Shown piece by piece: positions 27,056 to 34,662 of a stretch of 37,077 nucleotides of DNA. Source of the DNA: Tubiluchus corallicola. Its lineage: Eukaryota > Animalia > Priapulida. The notes beneath the pieces were generated by a model that saw nothing but the letters and a program-made list of their open reading frames with translations, did no database searches and was not told the origin of the DNA. How positions within the stretch are numbered: position 1 is the stretch's first letter; every line of letters starts with the position of its first letter. The stretch covers positions 1 to 37,077 of the forward strand of contig JAQGDQ010002439.1 in assembly GCA_030141605.1 (NCBI GenBank), given 5' to 3'. Both the position numbers and the translations under genes were made by a program.

Positions 27056-28642
27056 CTATAAGCACATTACCAATAGCTGTACTACAACAATCACAAATAC
27101 CATTGCTGCCGGATAAACCGTTGCGTAAGCCACTGCTGGAGCGTTGGTGTGGCTCATCGAGTCAACTGTAGCCAATCCCGGTGTACTGGTCATACTGCCG
27201 GTAATTGCACCAAGCAATGTGAGAATATCCATCTTTAAAATATACTTGGAATAAGCAGCTACAGCAAGCATAGGAAGTACAGTAATTGCCAATCCTGCAA
27301 AGAATAGTATCGCTCCGTGCTCCATAAAAGTATCTGCTATATATAACCCGGCATTTGTTCCTACCGATGATAAAAAGAGTAATAATCCCAGTTGGCGTAA
27401 CAAGTTATTGGCTGCTCCGGTCATTGTCCACAAAATAGGGCCAGTTTTACCAATCCTGCCAAGTATAAGCGAAGCCAACAGCACGCCACCAGACAGCCCA
27501 AGACTTAACGAAAATGAGCCCAGAGAGAGTTTTATATTTCCAAGCAGTACACCTGTAACAATGCCTAATGAGATTGGCAGAAAATCTGTGTCAGAAAGGC
27601 GCTTGTCATCATTCCCAAAGAGATGTACCACATGCTTCATATTTTCCTTAGCACATGCAAGTATTAGCTTATCTCCGAATTTTAGTCTCGACTGAGGTGT
27701 TGGAGAGAGATCTATACCCGCCCTACGAATACGTGTTATATTTGCACCATAAGTACTATGAAGATTTAGCTCTCCAAGTGTCATGTTCACAACGGCAGAG
27801 TTGGATACCAGCACTGAGCGTACATCAAACTGATGGCTCCGGGGTATTCTCCTGTTCGTTTTAGAACCTATTAGGATTTCAACACGCTTAAGCGCACCTT
27901 TTGTGCCTACCGCTTTTATTATATCGCCTTTATACAAAATGGTTTCCGGCGCCGGGGAAAAGGCATTCCCATTATGCATAACCCTCGAAATAACAGCACT
28001 GGTCATATGCCGAATTCGAAGCTCAGCTATGCTTTTACCAACTACGCTATCATTCTCTACTACAAATATGCTCCATACTATCTCAGGATGCTGTGACTTG
28101 ATACTGCTTTCATGTGCCTTTTCTGCTTCATAAATATCCAGCCGCAATATTTTGGGGAGAAATTTTATGATAATAATAACACTTATAACCCCCAGTGGAT
28201 AAACAACCCCATATCCTATAGATGCCACAGGAGAGTCGGTAACATCAATAGCCGCCGCAAGTCCGGGAGTACTGGTAAGAGCACCTGTAAACAGCCCCAC
28301 TGCGATCTCCTTTTCAATACCGAACAGATAAGAAACACTCCACGTTATAAGCCCCGCCAGCACAGTAAGTATAAGTGCTAAGCCAATAAGGTTCTTACCT
28401 TTTTCGCGGAATGCACCAAAAAATCCCGGACCGGCCTGTAGTCCTACAGTAAATAAGAAAAGTATTAAGCCAATCGTCTCAAAGTCTTTTGGAATAACCA
28501 CACCGTAGTGTCCAAAAACAAGAGCAACAAAGATAACTGCAGAGATATCAAGCGATACTCCCAGAATCCTGAACCGCCCAAGAAAAAACCCAAGTGTTAT
28601 AATTAAAAACAGGGCAAAATAGTTTGAAGACAGTAAATCCAT
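27056..28642 (-). CDS. aspartate:alanine exchanger (AAE, YidE/YbjL) family transporter with two TrkA-C/RCK_C domains
   Basis: 528 aa; duplicated TM halves with GALTSTPGLAAA and GSMTSTPGLA, YATVYP; central RCK_C-like segments (ISRV, ITRIRRAG..GDKL). Confidence 0.88.
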   Translation of the reverse strand: MDLLSSNYFALFLIITLGFFLGRFRILGVSLDISAVIFVALVFGHYGVVIPKDFETIGLILFLFTVGLQAGPGFFGAFREKGKNLIGLALILTVLAGLITWSVSYLFGIEKEIAVGLFTGALTSTPGLAAAIDVTDSPVASIGYGVVYPLGVISVIIIIKFLPKILRLDIYEAEKAHESSIKSQHPEIVWSIFVVENDSVVGKSIAELRIRHMTSAVISRVMHNGNAFSPAPETILYKGDIIKAVGTKGALKRVEILIGSKTNRRIPRSHQFDVRSVLVSNSAVVNMTLGELNLHSTYGANITRIRRAGIDLSPTPQSRLKFGDKLILACAKENMKHVVHLFGNDDKRLSDTDFLPISLGIVTGVLLGNIKLSLGSFSLSLGLSGGVLLASLILGRIGKTGPILWTMTGAANNLLRQLGLLLFLSSVGTNAGLYIADTFMEHGAILFFAGLAITVLPMLAVAAYSKYILKMDILTLLGAITGSMTSTPGLATVDSMSHTNAPAVAYATVYPAAMVFVIVVVQLLVMCL

Positions 28643-28670
28643 TACAAGTAGTTTTCAAAGTATTATAAGG

Positions 28671-28678
28671 CAAAGGTA
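28671..28678 (-). promoter_or_regulatory. -7 promoter element upstream of the AAE transporter
   Basis: TACCTTTG on the minus strand ~29 nt before the ATG. Confidence 0.45.
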
Positions 28679-28824
28679 TAAAGTAAGAATGAGCAATCAG
28701 TAAGTGTAGGAGTTGTCTATCCAAGCTGCAAGTAAGCCCGGGCCATATCTTCTTAATCAATACTCTTCTTGCCTATTCTGCTCTTTTTTTAAGCATATAG
28801 ACAAAGTCTTCGCTATTAAAATGC

Positions 28825-30018
28825 TTACTTCAAATTGGCAAGAGCTTTACCTATCCTTTCTGCCGCCTTTGTTAACTCCGCTTCTGATGCTGCATACGAA
28901 AGGCGAATGCAGTCAGAGCAGCCAAAGCTGGTTCCGGAAACTGTTCCCACATATGCTTCATTAAGCAGGTACATGCTCATGTCATCAGCGTTTTTAATCA
29001 CAGTATCCTTATATTTCTTCCCAAAGTAGTAGGTAACGTCGGGGAACAGGTAAAAAGCACCATCAGGGTTACTGAGCTTTAACCCCGGTATTTTCGACAT
29101 AAGGGCAGTTATCAGCTCTTTTCTCTCCAAAAACTTAGCTACCATGCTCCGCACCTCTTCTCCATTGGAATTTACAGCAACAGCGGAGGCGATCTGCGCC
29201 ACAGAGTTAGGACCTGAAGTGTACTGCCCCTGAAGCTTGTTACACGCTTTTACAATCCAGGAGGCGGCAGCAATATACCCGATCCTATACCCGGTCATGG
29301 CATACGCTTTAGACACTCCATTTACAACTACAACCCTATCGTGTATGTTGTCAAAGCTTGCAATAGACTCATGCTTCCCATTGTATACAATATACTCATA
29401 AATTTCATCAGAAATAGTGATGATATTCGGGTGTTTCGCTAAAATATCGGCAAACGCTCTCAGCTCTTCCCTGGTATAAAGCTTTCCGGTAGGATTACTG
29501 GGGCTACTAAATAGGAGTGCGCGTGTCTTGGGTGTAATTGCCGCTTCAAGCTGCTCAGGAGTTATTTTAAAATCATTACCCACACCAGCTTCTATTACCA
29601 CATTCCTGCCTCCAGACAGCTTTACCAACTCAACATAAGTTACCCAGTAGGGGGAAGGGACAATTACCTCATCACCATCATCAACAACAACCTGCAGGAC
29701 GTTAGCAAGCGCATGTTTTGCTCCGTTTGATACCGATATTTGATCAATAGTGTAATCAAGCCCGTTATCTCTTTTCAGCTTTTTCACAATAGCTTCACGC
29801 AAAACCGGGTACCCCGATACCGGTGAGTAGCGGGAATAGTTATTATCAATAGCACTTTTTGCCGCCTCTTTTATAAAATCAGGAGTGTTAAAATCGGGCT
29901 CTCCCACAGTCAAGTTTATCACATCTACACCCTGTTCTTTTAACTCACGGCTTTTTTGAGCCATTGCCAATGTTGCCGAAGGAGACAGCCTATCAACACG
30001 ATTAGATATTTTTATCAT
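28825..30018 (-). CDS. aspC: PLP-dependent aminotransferase class I/II (aspartate aminotransferase)
   Basis: 397 aa; GEPDF, NGAKHA, PYWVTY, SPSNPTG, SDEIYE, GVSKAYAMTGYRIG, IRLSYA. Confidence 0.85.
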   Translation of the reverse strand: MIKISNRVDRLSPSATLAMAQKSRELKEQGVDVINLTVGEPDFNTPDFIKEAAKSAIDNNYSRYSPVSGYPVLREAIVKKLKRDNGLDYTIDQISVSNGAKHALANVLQVVVDDGDEVIVPSPYWVTYVELVKLSGGRNVVIEAGVGNDFKITPEQLEAAITPKTRALLFSSPSNPTGKLYTREELRAFADILAKHPNIITISDEIYEYIVYNGKHESIASFDNIHDRVVVVNGVSKAYAMTGYRIGYIAAASWIVKACNKLQGQYTSGPNSVAQIASAVAVNSNGEEVRSMVAKFLERKELITALMSKIPGLKLSNPDGAFYLFPDVTYYFGKKYKDTVIKNADDMSMYLLNEAYVGTVSGTSFGCSDCIRLSYAASEAELTKAAERIGKALANLK

Positions 30019-30230
30019 AATATTTTTGCTTCAAATATTTTTTTAAGTAGATAAAGTTCCATTCACCATACTCAAAATAGTGAAAAATAATTTTCAAATT
30101 TCCTTAATTATTATCAATATTTCCGCAGAAAAACCGAAAAAAATATTTTTTGTTCGTAAATTTCGCATCTCTCCCAGCGTAGTGGCTGACTGGTACTACA
30201 GGAGTAGAAACAGATAAACGCTTTAAGGAT

Positions 30231-30764
30231 ATGACAAGCAATTCTAATACATTTATAGAAATATTGAAAATAACACTGCCGGCACTGGTGGTTTTTCTTA
30301 CAGCATATTTCTTCTTCAAAGATATGATAGAAAATCTACAACGGCAAAGAGAGTTTGAATTTCGTGTACAGAGCCAGGGAAAATTATCCCCCATACGCTT
30401 ACAGGCGTATGAACGGCTAACCCTGCTACTTGAAAGAATCTCACCCCAGTCGCTGCTAAGCCGCTTATCGCCACAGAATAAAACTCCAGAAGAGTATCAT
30501 AGTGAGCTTTTGCACGATATCAGACAAGAGTATGAGCACAATTTGTCTCAACAGATATATGTATCTCCGATAGCATGGGAAGCGTTAAAGGTGGCAAAGG
30601 AGTCTCTGGTAAGGATTATCAACATAGCAGCAGAAAACCTCGATAGTAACGCTACAGGAGTAGACCTTAATAAAAAAGTGATAGAGCTGTATATAGAGCA
30701 GAAAGACCAACCTGTAAGTGTCGCTTTAAACGAATTAAAAAAGGAGGTGCGTAAGCTCTTTTAA
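30231..30764 (+). CDS. conserved Bacteroidota hypothetical protein with N-terminal membrane anchor
   Basis: 177 aa; one TM helix, then RLQAYERLTLLLERISP and IRQEYEHNLSQQIYVS. Confidence 0.75.
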   Translation: MTSNSNTFIEILKITLPALVVFLTAYFFFKDMIENLQRQREFEFRVQSQGKLSPIRLQAYERLTLLLERISPQSLLSRLSPQNKTPEEYHSELLHDIRQEYEHNLSQQIYVSPIAWEALKVAKESLVRIINIAAENLDSNATGVDLNKKVIELYIEQKDQPVSVALNELKKEVRKLF

Positions 30765-30976
30765 TAACGCAACAATAGTGTGCAGGTAGTGACCTGAGCC
30801 TTGGGGAAGGTTCACCTTTCTACCCCTTTTTCGTCAAAAAGGCCCATTCTGTATTTTACTTATGCCAGGGGATTGCTGATTGCCATCAAATTTTTTCTCG
30901 ATATAAACCAAGATATTCCGCCATGCAAATACCTCATTTTTCTATTTTTGTTACATAAAAATCCAAATTGAAACAG

Positions 30977-31924
30977 ATGGGGAACAGGTATCCGTGGAGA
31001 CATAATAAAAGATACAACGATTTTTCCACTTTTTTTAGAGATAAGTTTAGCGAAAGAGTGCAAAAGCTTTCTATTGATGCCGGGTTCACCTGTCCAAATC
31101 GCGATGGAAGTAAAGGAATAGGAGGCTGCACATACTGCAATAATACCGCCTTTAAACCTGCATACTGTAAAGCAGAGAGTAGTATTACTACACAGATAAA
31201 GCAGGGAGTAGACTTTTTTTCAAAAAGATATAATGCCAGATGCTTTCTTGCATATTTTCAGTCTTATTCCGGGACGTATGCTCCACTGAAAACTTTAAAA
31301 AAGCTATACACCGAAGCGCTTAGCTATCCGGGAGTGAGAGGCCTGGTTATCGCCACGCGCCCAGACTGCCTTAATGCCGAAGTTTTGGATTACCTGAAAC
31401 ATCTCTCCGGGAAATACTATATTATGGTAGAGATTGGTGTTGAATCCATTAAAAATGAGACTCTTTCAAGACTAAACAGGAGACATACCTGGGAAGAGTC
31501 GGTGAGCGCAATTGAGAAATGCTCAAAACTTGGCATACACAACTGTGTCCATGTGATACTTGGCCTACCCGGCGAAACCAATAGTGATATAATGGAGCAG
31601 TCTACGACTATCTCCCGACTCCCCATAGAAAATATAAAGCTCCATCAACTACAGATACATAAAGGCACTGCTATGGCTGAGCAGTATACAAAAGCCCCTG
31701 AAGACTTCATCCTTTTTTCGGAAAAAGAGTATATAGATATTGTGATTGGCTATCTCGAAAGGCTGAATCCTGAAATTGTTGTAGAACGATTTGTAAGTTC
31801 CACATCTCCTGAAATGTTACTTGCTCCAAAGTGGGGGTTAAAAAATTTTGAATTCTCTGCTAAAGTTGAAAAACAGATGGAAAAGATAGATACATGGCAG
31901 GGACGCCTGGCACAGCCCCGTTAA
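30977..31924 (+). CDS. TIGR01212/YhcC-family radical SAM protein
   Basis: DAGFTCPNRDGSKGIGGCTYCNN, YFQSYSGTY, ATRPDC, HVILGLPGE, IKLHQLQ; alternative TTG start at 30968. Confidence 0.9.
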   Translation: MGNRYPWRHNKRYNDFSTFFRDKFSERVQKLSIDAGFTCPNRDGSKGIGGCTYCNNTAFKPAYCKAESSITTQIKQGVDFFSKRYNARCFLAYFQSYSGTYAPLKTLKKLYTEALSYPGVRGLVIATRPDCLNAEVLDYLKHLSGKYYIMVEIGVESIKNETLSRLNRRHTWEESVSAIEKCSKLGIHNCVHVILGLPGETNSDIMEQSTTISRLPIENIKLHQLQIHKGTAMAEQYTKAPEDFILFSEKEYIDIVIGYLERLNPEIVVERFVSSTSPEMLLAPKWGLKNFEFSAKVEKQMEKIDTWQGRLAQPR

Positions 31925-31941
31925 TGTTTGAAACGGAGAGG

Positions 31942-34389
31942 TCAGTCAACTCTTACTTTCACTGTTTTTTCTTTCTCTTTTTTACTACTTGCCCATCTCA
32001 CTATAAATATGCCTTCAGGAAGGCGGACTGAATAGGTAGGCGTACCATTTAAATCTGTGCTGAAAACCTTATATCCGGCAATATTGAATACTGTAAATTT
32101 GCCATAAAGCAGACCTTCCGAAATAATACAAACCTCCCCGTCCGATCCAAATATATTAGTGTCACTCTCGCTCATATTATCAGGAGTAACAGGAGCCTCC
32201 GGGGTATTTATACTATCGCTATTTCCCGCTCCATTTTCATCGTTTATCATCTTGAAATGAAGAGAGAAACGCCCTTTTGTAAACTCTTGCTTCAGTATCA
32301 CTTCGATACTGCTTTGCTCTTTTAAGTCTATCTCTTCCCCCCTTTCCGCATCCTGGAGGGTTACATTGACCCGCTTATTAAAGTTGTCAGATATAACAGG
32401 CTGTATGGATGCCTCTTCGTATAAAAGCATATCTATACTTACGGGTATTAGTTCAGGATAATCTTTGAGTTGTAGTACTGCAACTCTCTCCTGCTCCACC
32501 TCAAAATATATTTGAGGTACTCCGATATCATGATGTAACATTTTTCTTGAGTCCTCCATCTGATCAAAGTGATTGCTATTCTTCTCCCCAAACTTTACCG
32601 TCACAATATCTGAACCATTTACCCCTGATATCTTCAGTTGGATAAACTCTCCAGGCATATCATCCGATTTTAGAAAGGTATCTCTTGAATTAGCAGTGGT
32701 GGCAATATCAAGGGTGATATTTGCAGCATAAGTTGACTCAATAAAAAATCCCTGCATTGAAGGGATATAAGCATCTTTATTGCCACCGTTAATCTTCCCT
32801 TTACTATCAATGGTTATATATGTCTTATTACTAGGATCAAACATATAAGCCGATTTTGTAGTGCCATCCATAGCTTGCATACTCCATTTAACAGGTGCCA
32901 TATACGGGTTGCCAATAAAGTTCCAGTTATTGCCACCTTCACTATATTTCAAATTACGAGTTACAGATTTTTTTATGGGTTTACCATTGAATCTCAGGAC
33001 AACGCTTTCTCTCGTGCTGTAAAAACCATATCCTTTTGCCGGCTCCATTGCCAGTGACTGATCCTTTATATGACTCCACGGGCCCTCTTCTGTGGTTTTT
33101 GAATTGTCATAATCAGTCAGATAGGCAATCCCCGATTCCGGCTGAAATGCAGATAGTGGCATGCCAATTACAGGGGATGTCAAGTAGAGCCACTTACCCG
33201 CAGTTAACTCTCGACTTAAGTAGACAACTACCTCATCGGGAAGAAACTCCTGACCCAGCAGAAAGGCATCAGACTCCAAGTATAATGTTTTACACGGAGC
33301 AGGAGACGTAAGCCTGGGATAGTGTAACCGCCCCGCCGGTATAACTACGCTACTGTTAGTATCCGGAACACCATTGCTCCAGTTGGCGGCATCGTTCCAG
33401 TCACCGGAAACAGCCCCGGTCCACTCTGTTTTATTATCGGTGGATGCTGTTAAAGTTTGTCCAGCATTTATCGTCCCGAATGAAGATACAAAAGGATCGT
33501 TCCACACAAAATCATAATATGTTGAGCCTGTTCCTGATAGTTGCAATGAATGACCCGGAGAAGTCGATGGAAGCTCTTCCTTCCCTATATCAGTAGAGAT
33601 CATATCCTTTGCAACTCCTGTAGTTGCTATAAAAACCCCTTCATAGCTTATAAACTGTATCACTTCCGATTTATATGCAAGCGCCAGAGCTTCCGGCCCA
33701 TTTTGTATGTTCTTGACAGTTATAGTGAAAAAATCATACTGACTTAATGAGCTTACAGGATCCTGCGAGAGAACCTTTGTGCCGGAACTTTGAAGCTCTC
33801 CACTGCTACCGTTATAAAGGTAGAGGCGAAAGTCCTCTGTATTGTATTGACTGCTATTCTCAATTACAATTTCAACTGCTTCACCAATATCTGTACCATG
33901 ATTATCATAATGAAGCTCATTAATCCACGCATTAGGGAGGTTATTCAGCGGAGTGTAAAGTACCAGCCGGGGGATAGAACCATCCATTTTGTACTTTATG
34001 GTTCCCCCACGCCCATTAAATGGGATAAGCGCACAGCTCCATGCTGTTTCATATTCCGGTATAGTAAACCGAAAAGAGGAGATGCTTCCATCAATATAGA
34101 AAATAGAGCTATCATCTCTGAAGTCACTGTCCTCTTCAGGCTGTACCCCGTTCTGGAAAACGGGAAGGTAGTATTTGTAAATAGCTAGTACGTACCCGTC
34201 ACACTCTTTTTCTGCATTGTCCCATGCTATATAGAAACTGTTACCTCTTTGCTTAGCAAGCCTAAAGTTTGAGGGATACTCCAAGGGCTCCGTGTCTGCG
34301 GATATAGCAGATACGGAAGCTGACAATACTTTTAGTGAAACAAAAGGTAATAGAGTGAATATACCAATATTGAAGCAGATTAACCGCAT
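31942..34389 (-). CDS. T9SS type A sorting-domain surface protein with lamin-tail-like domain
   Basis: 815 aa; signal peptide, WINELHYDN.GTDIGEAVEI...IQNGP...QFISYEG, WTGAVSGDWNDAANWSNGVP, WNFIGNPY, IPSMQGFFI, C-terminal VFNIAG...LPEGIFIVR...KVRV. Confidence 0.75.
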   Translation of the reverse strand: MRLICFNIGIFTLLPFVSLKVLSASVSAISADTEPLEYPSNFRLAKQRGNSFYIAWDNAEKECDGYVLAIYKYYLPVFQNGVQPEEDSDFRDDSSIFYIDGSISSFRFTIPEYETAWSCALIPFNGRGGTIKYKMDGSIPRLVLYTPLNNLPNAWINELHYDNHGTDIGEAVEIVIENSSQYNTEDFRLYLYNGSSGELQSSGTKVLSQDPVSSLSQYDFFTITVKNIQNGPEALALAYKSEVIQFISYEGVFIATTGVAKDMISTDIGKEELPSTSPGHSLQLSGTGSTYYDFVWNDPFVSSFGTINAGQTLTASTDNKTEWTGAVSGDWNDAANWSNGVPDTNSSVVIPAGRLHYPRLTSPAPCKTLYLESDAFLLGQEFLPDEVVVYLSRELTAGKWLYLTSPVIGMPLSAFQPESGIAYLTDYDNSKTTEEGPWSHIKDQSLAMEPAKGYGFYSTRESVVLRFNGKPIKKSVTRNLKYSEGGNNWNFIGNPYMAPVKWSMQAMDGTTKSAYMFDPSNKTYITIDSKGKINGGNKDAYIPSMQGFFIESTYAANITLDIATTANSRDTFLKSDDMPGEFIQLKISGVNGSDIVTVKFGEKNSNHFDQMEDSRKMLHHDIGVPQIYFEVEQERVAVLQLKDYPELIPVSIDMLLYEEASIQPVISDNFNKRVNVTLQDAERGEEIDLKEQSSIEVILKQEFTKGRFSLHFKMINDENGAGNSDSINTPEAPVTPDNMSESDTNIFGSDGEVCIISEGLLYGKFTVFNIAGYKVFSTDLNGTPTYSVRLPEGIFIVRWASSKKEKEKTVKVRVD

Positions 34390-34587
34390 CTAATCTTAAC
34401 TTTATTGTATGATATCATTCCCTGCGGACAACTCCAATTATACCTTTTCCGGCGGAGCCAAACTACAGTAAGATTGAGTATTTTTATTGAATAACAAGTT
34501 TACCTCTTTCCAAATTTTTTAGTTGTATTCGTAATATTTACAACTCCAGGATTAACCATTTTCTTAATTTTAGCTGCCTTCAAAGAT

Positions 34588-34627
34588 AAAAAAAAAACCC
34601 GTGCTTTTTCAGTAAGCACGGGTTTTT
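34588..34627 (-). terminator. rho-independent terminator of the GLUG-repeat gene
   Basis: Minus strand AAAAACCCGTGCTT-ACTGAAA-AAGCACGGGTTTTTTTTTT, ~35 nt after the stop. Confidence 0.85.
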
Positions 34628-34662
34628 AATATTATTAAGCAAATATACTCCTTCCTCTTTTC

